DNA of 64,000 nt, taken from Schmidtea polychroa. Lineage: Eukaryota. The position numbers and the translations under genes are program-made. Below the pieces are notes generated by a model. It saw only the letters and a program-made list of their open reading frames with translations. It was not told the origin of the DNA and made no database searches. Position 1 is the first letter of the stretch. Each line of letters starts with the position of its first letter. The DNA lies in contig CM097885.1 of NCBI GenBank assembly GCA_044892525.1, forward strand, positions 16,308,001 through 16,372,000. The letters are read 5' to 3'. Of the stretch, positions 35,941-45,334 are shown one piece after another.

Positions 35941-37154
35941 TTATACCAACACAGCTCTATTTGCAGTAATTTGAACTTCATTTTCAAATACTCCATATAT
36001 TATAACATGTACTGGTTCAGTAATAGCTTTTGCAAACTTTATATCCAGTCGTAAATTTCCATTTTGAGGTAATTGACTTTGATTTAAATCAAAATCAGGG
36101 GCTAAAACAAATGTAAAAAATGGGTATTTGCTTTTAAAATCCTCTAGAGTTATTCCGCAATTCAAATTTTTATCTAAATAACCCAGATTTCTAACAATAC
36201 TCTGCATATATGTCGCACAGTCATTCTCGAAATCTTGAATATATGTTTCTCTATAATCAGTATTTTTCGACAAAGTCAATGATGTAACACCAAAGTTTTT
36301 GAAAATTGAGCTGGACGCAGTATATGATCCATTATATTGTGCTTCACTTTGAAATGTTATCAGAATAAAATTAGGCATTCTTCTGTCACCAAATATTTGT
36401 TCTTTATAGAATGATGAAGCACCTTTAGCAATAGCAAATTGTACAATTTCCTTTGTTTTTAATGGATAAATTGCATGTTTTGAATTAAGACCCAATTGAT
36501 GACCTGCTAATACTGAGGGGTCTACTCGAACTCTTCTGACCAATAATTTTGCATCAACTAATTGACATATTGGTGTAGTAGTTGCACTAGTAAGAGATAA
36601 TGCAGAATCAGACCTTTTCAGTCTAATATGTACATTAACTCCCGGTAGTAAATATTTCGGTTGATCCATAAAATCAAGTTGTAATGATGAGCACATGGTG
36701 AAAACCTTTGAGCCTTTTACTACTTTTTTCTTTCATCATCACTGCCATAGCCCATAGGAGTAAGACATGTATTTTTAGTATCGGAATTGTAATTTAAAAT
36801 AGTTTCTATTAATGCCTTGTGAATGAATGTATTATTTCCACCCTCAATCTTGATATTATTAAATCCCAACACTGCATCTTTAAAAAGAGTATGAAACAGG
36901 AAATTGTTCGGTATTACATCTGCATTGGCATCCAAAACTTTTCTATCTTTATCTACAACCTTAATCTGAACAGTCAATAAAGTATCGTTCAAATCTAAAT
37001 ATTCGGTTTGTGAACCATTAATATAAAACTCGATATCATTTCTACTATCGGTAATTGAATTCATAGGAAAAACTTCGTCAAATGCCCCAAATTCTATTAC
37101 AGCCTGGGGCGACGGTCTATCAAATATACATAATTCAGATTTACCACAAATCAT
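35941..37154 (-). pseudogene. Major capsid protein (double jelly roll) with a 1-nt frameshift at run 36724-36729
   Basis: CGKSELCIFDRP, IEFYI...YLDLNDTLL, LQLDFMDQPKYLLPGV, GNLRLDIKFAKA. One extra A gives RKKVVKGSKVFTMC and joins the two ORFs. Confidence 0.9.
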
Positions 37155-37513
37155 TTTGCAAATATAGTTCCATGTCCTTTCATTCTTTTGTTTATACGTG
37201 ATATTCCATGTCTTTTACGTTTTGGAGCTGGAGCTGGAGCTGGAGGTTTTTGAAACATACCTGCAACCCCTGGTAAAACTTTCCCTAATTCAGCTAAAGT
37301 ATTTGTTTTTAGAGATGGTAATATTTTCTGTTCATTCATAATAACATCTTTTGCAGTCTTCATACCAAAACTACCAATACGTTTAAGAATAGGCAGGGCA
37401 AATCTACCAATTGTTCTCAACCATCCTGATCCGTACTGTTTACCAATAAATTATGGTAATTCACCGCCAGATTGGCTACCACTATACATACTAATAATAT
37501 CAGAATTAGCCAT
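37151..37513 (-). pseudogene. Conserved Polinton core protein with amphipathic helix; in-frame TAA at 37451-37453
   Basis: MANSDIISMYSGSQSGGELP*FIGKQYGSGWLRTIGRFALPILK; QxGG and QxGxG motifs; basic tail. Confidence 0.75.
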
Positions 37514-38549
37514 TTATTTTACGAAAATGTAATGTCAAATGAGTTTTTGAATCTTTTGGAAAGTTTATAAGTTTTCCACTATCATCACGAATATTTATTT
37601 CTATATTGTTTATACATGAACTTGCTATTGGTAAATACATGGGATTATCGATATTTATATTGACAACTTCATCATGTTCATATTTTCCAATCCATACCGA
37701 TTTCAAAAGAGGAACACTGGAATCACCAACAATTATGGGTTCGATAATGTTAGTATATATGAACATTTGTTGATGATGTTCTAGTATTCTTGGTTTGCGT
37801 ATACCAGTCGATTTTTCTCGATATTTTTGCCTATCTAATCCAAGTGAATTTGCCAAATTTTTATCAAATGTAACTTCGCAAATATCCTCATTCAAACTGA
37901 AGGTAAACATCAAATCTTTCACAATTTCCAAATTTTTAAATATGTGTGAACAATTGAACTTTAAATATTTAAGTAAATCATCAAGTTTATCAAAATATAA
38001 TTCATCAGCAAAGGTAAATGATTCTTCAACTTCATCATTATACGACACAGATATTTTGATTTCTTCTTTCATTACACTGTTTGCTTCAAATAGATTAAAA
38101 CGTAATAAATACTCGGTCTCCGTAACAATATTTTTCAACTTATTGCAACCCATTCGTTTGGCATCTTCAATAGTTTCGAATGTTATTGTAAACGGTTTAA
38201 AATCACAACTGATATTTAATCCATCCTTGTAAAACATATAGCAATGCGAATCTAATATTTGATTCGGAATATGATATGTTTTATCATAATTACTAATAAC
38301 AAAGATACCGCTACATGTTTTCACAATATTCCTTCTGAAATCAATCTTACAATGACTATAAAATGGGAATGTGTTGTACACAAATGTAAAATCTTGCAGT
38401 GCAACTTCCCAGTCACCATTTAAAGAAATCGGATTCTGGAGATTGACCATAAATTTACTGGCTTGATTGTCTGGATGAATTAATGGGCAAGTATTGCTCG
38501 GTAAAATAGTATAAAAATTCACTTTACTAGGTCTTTTGCTGATATCCAT
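37506..38549 (-). CDS. Minor capsid protein (penton) of element B
   Basis: FYTILPSN...NQASKFMVNL...GDWEVAL; MFIYTNIIEPIIVGD..VPLL; IEINIRDDSGKLINF...LTLHFR. Confidence 0.9.
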   Translation of the reverse strand: MDISKRPSKVNFYTILPSNTCPLIHPDNQASKFMVNLQNPISLNGDWEVALQDFTFVYNTFPFYSHCKIDFRRNIVKTCSGIFVISNYDKTYHIPNQILDSHCYMFYKDGLNISCDFKPFTITFETIEDAKRMGCNKLKNIVTETEYLLRFNLFEANSVMKEEIKISVSYNDEVEESFTFADELYFDKLDDLLKYLKFNCSHIFKNLEIVKDLMFTFSLNEDICEVTFDKNLANSLGLDRQKYREKSTGIRKPRILEHHQQMFIYTNIIEPIIVGDSSVPLLKSVWIGKYEHDEVVNINIDNPMYLPIASSCINNIEINIRDDSGKLINFPKDSKTHLTLHFRKING

Positions 38550-39151
38550 GACGGGTTTTGATAACCATGCCATTTGACATAGTATTGTTTATCCTTACCG
38601 ACCTTTTTCGTTTTCAATATCTTTTGAATTCTAAATACTTTTGGGGGAGGAATGACTTGTAATTCCTGCTCATAAAATTTCCCTTGTACAATATTATTAT
38701 CATTATCTTTGATGACATACATTACAGGATTCTGTTTAGTATTTATTTTTGAAATTACAAAGACTTCATCACTCCAATTTGTATCAAAATTTTTAATAAA
38801 TGGTGATGCACTAATTTTACTAATTCTAACATGGTCACCGACTTTATATTTAGGTTTTGCAATTTTTACAGATTTCTTAGAAGTCAATGATGTTTTTGAT
38901 GTAATATCAACAGGTCTCAATCCATTCAGTCCTCGATGTGACGAATGATTATAACTTGTTATTATTTTCGGTAAAGCATTTACCCATTTTTTATTACCTT
39001 GATGCACGAACAATTTCTTTAATCTATCTCTCAATGTTCGATTAAATCTTTCAACATGGGCAGCTTTGTATTGAGAATGTACCGAGTAGTGATTTATTTT
39101 CAGTTTATCGAGGATTTGCTTAACTTTGCTATTGTAGAATTCTTTACTTAA

Positions 39152-39246
<95 letters not shown>

Positions 39247-39634
39247 CTAAATCTGTTTGCAAGTTATTAGGATGTCCATCTTTAAATAAAATATTAATTG
39301 CCTTGGACATTTCTTCTGCAGATTTTGCCTTGACTGGTATTGCTCGTGCAAACCTGCTGTATACATTAATACATGTTAAAATATATTTATTTCCATTGTT
39401 AATTTTCGAATAAGGTATCATCTCCATCAAATCCATTTGCCATAAATCGTCAATACCAAATGTTTTATATGCTCTTGTTGGAAATCTTTTCCGCATTGGT
39501 TTGTTCAAACTGTACGCAAGCTGATCTGATAACCACTTCTGGGTTTCTTTTTTCGAATTCTGAACTCTTTTCTTTAATTTTGCCACTCCACCGAAACCGG
39601 TTTCGTCTTCTGGGTTCGTCCAAATCTTCTCCAT
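38519..39634 (-). CDS. rve integrase with C-terminal chromodomain, interrupted by an (ATT)n intron-like insert
   Basis: WQMDL, LQTDLG[insert]KEF, HVERFNRTLR; chromodomain FRIQKILKTK...YYVKWHGY...SWI; likely start MEKIW at 39634. Confidence 0.92.
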
Positions 39635-39692
39635 TACAACAAGAAGATTTAAAATTAAATTTAATGTCGGGCAATGAAGGATTAGCACCCAT
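39465..39692 (-). CDS. Small overprinted ORF with an N-myristoylation motif
   Basis: MGANPS fits MGxxxS; also contains SSCC. The ATG lies 3 nt after the upstream stop and the ORF overlaps the integrase 5' end in another frame. Confidence 0.45.
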   Translation of the reverse strand: MGANPSLPDIKFNFKSSCCNGEDLDEPRRRNRFRWSGKIKEKSSEFEKRNPEVVIRSACVQFEQTNAEKISNKSI

Positions 39693-39695
39693 TGT

Positions 39696-40223
39696 TTATG
39701 ACTGTGTAACTCCACCTAATAATGATAATGCCAGAGGTATCAAGGCACCAATAAATCCACCTTGTTGTTTATATATAATTTTCCTCATTTGCTTACGATT
39801 TTTATTATTTACTAAGGATAACAATGGTTTCCTATGTTTGCTCAATAAATGCTTTTTTCATTTACTGATTTTAATTTTGCCTTTGACTACTTTAAGTATA
39901 ATATTGAGTAAATCATCGACAACGAAATTTGGGAATGATTGCAATATATTCATTCTTTTCATACTCGGGGCCTTTAACAATGCATTAAAAAATGGAAAAC
40001 TGCGATGATTTTTAACTACTTTTTTACTGGTTTTACTGGTTTTACGGGTTTTACGTTTAGGTTTAGGATTTTTCGAAATAAGATTCATTGCAGAGAAATT
40101 TTCAGTTACAAGTTTTTTAGATGGTGTATAACTAGTTGTTGGTGGAACTTTTGGAACTTTAATACTCTTTCTAATACTTTTTCTTAATTTCCTAATATTT
40201 TTCACCCTTGCTTTTAGAAACAT
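39696..40223 (-). pseudogene. Basic Polinton core protein ending in QQGG plus hydrophobic tail; in-frame TGA at 39858-39860
   Basis: Reading through the stop gives KKHLLSKHRKPLLSLVKNKNRKQMRKIIYKQQGGFIGALIPLALSLLGGVTQS*. Confidence 0.75.
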
Positions 40224-40241
40224 TATTATTCATAGAGGTTT

Positions 40242-40868
40242 TCAACTTTGTTTATAAACCATGGCACCTTTTGGGTTGAAAATATCGGTTTTTACTCGTA
40301 AATCATCGGGACATTGTTGCGTGAAATCAAGAAATATATATCCATGAGGTATTTTTGTAGCATCTTGAAATGCACTGATAAGAAAATTACGATTGTTAGG
40401 GTATGCTTGACGTGCAAGAAAATCAATCACTGTTGCATCTCTAGGATTCTTGAAAATAACTAAATATTGTACATTTAAATTACGTGTTCGATGTGCCCCG
40501 CCTTGATGAAATAGATTTTGTGTTATGAAAATAACTGTTACACCGACATGTCTGCTGATCTTTGTAAATAAATTATTAAAATCTTTTTCTTTATTAGCTT
40601 CTTGATACAGATCATCGATAATAATGACATCACCTTTCTTTAATCGGCTGGACCAGTTTTTATCGAATCCCTTTACTATTTTCATGTTTTTTAATTTACA
40701 GAAACTTGATTGAGTTAATCCATGTTCTTCATCAGCACCCCTATGCCAATAAATCCTGTTGAATTTTTATTTGAATAAATTTGATTTTAGTAATTTACAA
40801 ACAAATAATGTTTTTCCACTACCACTCGGACCAACGATTTGGTATACTGCATCATTTCTTAATTCCAT
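40242..40868 (-). pseudogene. A32-like packaging ATPase of element B; in-frame TAA at 40767-40769
   Basis: GPSGSGKT, IIIDDL, SRH, ITQN and FKNPRD lie in one frame across the stop. Confidence 0.92.
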
Positions 40869-40971
40869 TTCAAAAATTTTATAAATATATGTGTATTTGT
40901 TTATATTCAATGATTTAATGAACTCGTGCTCAATTTGTATATAAAGACTAATTTTCATAAATGATTTAATA

Positions 40972-41409
40972 ATGTTAGCAAATATAAATTATCGAGGAAA
41001 TTTTGATGTATCGAATATGAGGTTCCCACCAGGGAAACCCCAGCAAATTATCGATAGAAGCGGGAAATATCCGATAATATTTTTCAAGACTGGTAAATGT
41101 AGAATCATGGGATGTAAGAAACCTTTGGATATTAATAAATTACAATATCGAATAAATAATATTATAATCCAATCAATTACCGTTACTATGGATATGGGAC
41201 ATAGTATCAATTTATATAACATGTCGAAAAAATGTGATTGTATGTTTGAACCGGAATTGTTTCCGGCACTAAGACTATTAAAATATAACCCTATATGTGT
41301 CAACGTGTTTGCTAGTGGAAAGGTTGTCATGCTGGGGTTGAGAAATTTGGAGTATAGAGAATTTGTTGACAATGTTCGAAATGAGATAATTTCATTGGTC
41401 GATTTCTAA
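40972..41409 (+). CDS. Divergent TATA-binding protein (TBP)-like protein
   Basis: Two TBP repeats: IIFFKTGKCRIMGCK (cf. LIFSSGKMVCTGAK) and IQSITVTMD...FEPELFPAL...VNVFASGKVVMLG (cf. YEPELFPGL...LIFVSGKVVLTG). Confidence 0.88.
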   Translation: MLANINYRGNFDVSNMRFPPGKPQQIIDRSGKYPIIFFKTGKCRIMGCKKPLDINKLQYRINNIIIQSITVTMDMGHSINLYNMSKKCDCMFEPELFPALRLLKYNPICVNVFASGKVVMLGLRNLEYREFVDNVRNEIISLVDF

Positions 41410-41483
41410 TTGGTTAATTTCTAATTGGTTATTGATTGATTTAAACAAACGGTTTTTTGTTTAGGATTCATTTATTCAACACT

Positions 41484-41850
41484 ATGTACAAATTACCAAG
41501 CTCTGCAAACCTCATGAAAGATATTGACGATTATGGTAAATTTAAAATTTTTATTTTGACATTTTTTAATATTTATTATTTTAGAAAAATATTTAGAAGT
41601 TATGCTCAATAGGATAAAATATTATTATTCTCAAATTGCGGAAATAATCAAGGACAGAGAACCAGAAATCGTTCCAGATTTGATTTTTTATTCAACCCAA
41701 ATTAGAATTATGGAGGTATTCCATCAATTCTTATGGGATATTAAGATCGACAGAACCATGAAGCAAATGGAGCCGGAGTACCAGTGCATCATCGGATGTT
41801 CATGTTGTGCCGATCGATATCGGCGATATGTCGAATGGGAGTTAGTATAA
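41484..41850 (+). CDS. Two-exon hypothetical protein with a CxxxCxCC motif
   Basis: ATG 41484; GT-AG intron 41536-41584 splices in frame to ORF 41602-41850. Confidence 0.7.
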
Positions 41851-42169
41851 ACTCTGAGAAGGTTTCACTACTCCCGGATTGTTGATTTGGGTTATGAATA
41901 AATGTATTTCGTGTTTGAATTGTGTTTTTTTTTATATTTAAAATAATAGTAATAATATAAATAGTAATAATAATAATAATAGTAATAATAATAATAATAG
42001 TAATAATAATAATAATAGTAATAATAATAATAATAGTAATAATAATAGAAATAGTAATAATAATAATAGTAATAATAATAGTAATAATAATAGAAATAGT
42101 AATAATAATAATAGTAATAATAATAAAACATTAATAATAAAACATTAATAGAACATAAATGCAGCATTA

Positions 42170-42246
42170 ATGCAAATGACATGCAAATTTAAACAAAGAC
42201 ATGCTATAATCTGATTGGTTGATAGGCATGAGTCAAAGGTATAAAA
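42170..42246 (+). promoter_or_regulatory. Pol II-type promoter: two octamers, CCAAT box, AP-1 site, TATA box
   Basis: ATGCAAAT at 42170 and 42181, ATTGG at 42214, TGAGTCA at 42229, TATAAAA at 42240, ATG at 42281. Confidence 0.65.
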
Positions 42247-42280
42247 ACCCTGTAACATTTAAATTTATTCATTATTCACT

Positions 42281-42691
42281 ATGACCAAGAAAATTTCATG
42301 CACCGAAAAACCTAAAGAAATGGTACAACCAGTTCAAATGTTCCACAACTACAAAATGTATTTTTTGAAAGAAGAAATCAATATGAAATTAGTTGCACCA
42401 GTCAAGCTGATTCCAACTAAATTTGAATTCTTATCCGGCACGCTTTCAATGATTGATGTCAAAACTATTGATGATGTTTTTAAACGGATAGATTCGAATC
42501 TATCGTGTAATCAACATGCGTGGTTCAACAATAGATATGCAAGATTTTATGATGCTTTTGATGAAATCAGTTTCAAAGAAAATGGAAATTGGTATATAAC
42601 AATTGCAATCCAGGGATATAAAGTTGATAATAATGATGTATATTCTCCTATTTGGAAAATTATGTCTGCTAGACTTTCACAAATATTTTAA
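42281..42691 (+). CDS. Hypothetical beta-rich protein, possibly OB-fold/SSB-like
   Basis: Intact 136-aa ORF with a good promoter and a downstream AATAAA; the fold guess is weak. Confidence 0.6.
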   Translation: MTKKISCTEKPKEMVQPVQMFHNYKMYFLKEEINMKLVAPVKLIPTKFEFLSGTLSMIDVKTIDDVFKRIDSNLSCNQHAWFNNRYARFYDAFDEISFKENGNWYITIAIQGYKVDNNDVYSPIWKIMSARLSQIF

Positions 42692-42817
42692 TGTTATATT
42701 TAATAAATGTATTAGTCAGATTTGTTTTTCTCTTTATTAATTGCAACATAAATGCGAATGACATGCAAATTTAACAAAGAAAATCTATAAACAAACTTAT
42801 AATATAGTTTTAAAGTG

Positions 42818-43179
42818 ATGAAAATGACTGCAGAAAAAGGTTAACATGATTAATTAATTACCGAATTATTTATTATTTAGAATTTTTAATCAACTTTTTG
42901 TTGGAAAAGTTAGCAGAAATATCTGGTGTGAAAATTGAGGACATATTATCTATTACAAATGCCTTAAATATCGGCTGGATAGTTGAGAGTCAAGATACAG
43001 GATTTGATGATGAGGAAGAAACTCAAGAAACCGATACTCAAGAAATTGATGAGGAAATCTATGAACCTATAGAGGAACCTATAGAGGAACCTAAAGATAA
43101 TATTACGAATGATTGTATTGATCATGTCGTTGAAAATATAATGAAATGTGGAGATGACGACTGCGAATGTGTTAATTAA
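42818..43179 (+). CDS. Two-exon acidic protein with a Cys-rich tail
   Basis: ATG 42818; GT-AG intron 42840-42880 in frame with ORF 42898-43179; AATAAA at the stop. Confidence 0.65.
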
Positions 43180-43248
43180 TAAATCTTAGTGTTTGTAAAT
43201 TTATTTAAAATTTTATTTAAAAATCAAACAAAATAACTATATTAATTT

Positions 43249-43764
43249 TTATTTAAAAAATCTGGATAAAACATACAAAATAGCAACACCAGTTGCAAGT
43301 TTTATATAGTTTTTAAATTTTCTTTTCTGATCATCTATTTCCTTCGCATTTCTGGCGAGTTGATTTAGTACTCCCCATCCGCCATTGGCTTCAATCCATG
43401 GTTGAAACTTTGACTTGATTATCTAGAAAATAAATATTAATAAAATATAGATTATAAAAGTATTACTTCTTGAGACCACTGATAATAGTGCTCGGAGTCC
43501 CATAGACTTTTTTCAATTATTATCTTCATATAAGCGAACCCTACTAGTATTCGGGTCCACTTCATCTCCTCGTCGCATAGGCAGTTAAAAATCCTATTAA
43601 AATAGAATTTTTTTGGTTTCGAGACAATAGGAATTGATCACATCCTCAAAATCAATGTGATTACTTTCTATAATCTTTTCAGTCCGATCGACCAGAAAAC
43701 TGAGGCTTTCCATAATATTCCTGTTGACGAGTTCTCTTAAAAGATTTTCCATAAAATGAGACAT
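43249..43764 (-). pseudogene. Bcl-2 family protein (two exons; 1-nt frameshift at run 43608-43614)
   Basis: BH1-like LCDEEMKWTRILVGFAY, BH2 FQPWIEANGGW, tail anchor YIKLATGVAILYVLSRFFK*; phase-0 intron 43423-43466. Absent from the ORF track. Confidence 0.85.
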
Positions 43765-43869
43765 TTTTACAATAATTTAAAATATGATGTTTTATTTATA
43801 CTAATACCGTATGATTTTGATTGGTTGATAAACTATAAATGTAAAAGAAAGGTTTTGATTTGATACACC

Positions 43870-44370
43870 ATGAAAACTATATTCATATTGCTAATTATTA
43901 TAACGAGTGTGTGCTCACACAATACAACAATAACAGTGGAGTCCTTTAATAAATCAATATGTGTTTGTCCGAATACAGCCAAGTTGATGAATATTTTATA
44001 TATTCTCGACAAACCAAAATGGTCAAAGCATCCAGGAAAAAGAATATCTCAAAGATTGGAGAATTTAGAAAACAGTTATGAACTATCATTTGAATATATA
44101 CAAAATATAAAAATTAAATTGATTGATCATATTGAGGTTTTCAATAACTCTATTGTTGAAAATAAAAAGAATATGAAAATTATTGATAAGAAGCATGATT
44201 ATTTATTAAAAAAGATTGAATTATTATTAAGAGAAATTCAAACAATCAAAGGATCAATTGAATATCTGAAAATCAATTCAACGTTATCAATTTCAAACAA
44301 TATTGCTGCGAATAGTAGTACATCAATATTTAGTTTACCTTTGTTAATTTTACATTATTTTATTGTTTAA
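43870..44370 (+). CDS. Putative secreted or GPI-anchored coiled-coil glycoprotein
   Basis: Signal-like MKTIFILLIIITSVCS, several NxS/T sites, heptad region, Ser/Asn-rich spacer and a terminal hydrophobic tail. Confidence 0.6.
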   Translation: MKTIFILLIIITSVCSHNTTITVESFNKSICVCPNTAKLMNILYILDKPKWSKHPGKRISQRLENLENSYELSFEYIQNIKIKLIDHIEVFNNSIVENKKNMKIIDKKHDYLLKKIELLLREIQTIKGSIEYLKINSTLSISNNIAANSSTSIFSLPLLILHYFIV

Positions 44371-44507
44371 ATAAATGTATGTTTTGTTGATTTGTGAGTT
44401 GTTGAGCGTGACCAGTACCCTTGTGAGCATTACCCATAGAGGGAGAAAATATTTTGTCGGATAAACTCGGGGCAGTACCCTTGCGTACAATACCCAACAA
44501 TAATAAT

Positions 44508-44651
<144 letters not shown>

Positions 44652-44744
44652 TTAAGTCTTACCTGATTGGGTGAATGATAAATCACCCGCAAATTTCTTC
44701 ATAAAATTTGCTATAAATTTGCTATAAATTAGTGTCTGACTAAA

Positions 44745-45334
44745 AAATTAATAACTTTTATACCACTAGTGATAAAAATTATTTCTATGGCTCAAAAGAT
44801 TTGTCTTCGTCTGGTCTTCAAAATGAACTATAAATTGTTAAAATATTTTGAGATTTAGACTAAGTTTTTGGCTCACGAAAAGTAGGACTCCGCTAGCACA
44901 GTTAATAATATTTTTGAAAAATAATAATAATTTACCTTAAAATGACTAAAATGACTCTGACCAAAACCTTAATAACTTTTTTATTATTAGTGATAAAAAT
45001 TATTTCTATGGCTCAAAGGATAGATCTCCGTCTGGTCTTCAAAATGAACTATGAAATTTTAAAAGATTTTAAGTTTCAGACTAAGTTTTGGGGTCACGAA
45101 AAGTAGGACTCCGCTAGCACAGTTAATAATATTTTTGAAAAATAATAATAATTTTTGATGAGTCATCGGATGAGTCATTGTCTTTGTTCTAGACGAGTGA
45201 TGAGTCATCGGATGACTCATTGTCTTTGTTCTAAAGTTGACCTTGAAAAAAAAATTTTTAAAAATTTTTTCCGGCCGGGGGGGGGGGTACTGTGCTAGCG
45301 GAGTCCTGTTTTAGCGGTGCCCAAACCACCTACT
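44745..45334. repeat. Right terminal region of Polinton B: 221-nt-period duplication, AP-1 repeats and tip
   Basis: Two copies containing AGTAGGACTCCGCTAGCACAGT (44881, 45102), an inverted copy at 45289-45307, and terminal CCTACT. Confidence 0.85.

Noticed and set aside
35941..35996. Protease start at 35996 as given in the ORF track
   Set aside because: It overlaps the capsid gene and reads through an intron; the spliced model from ATG 35940 fits better.
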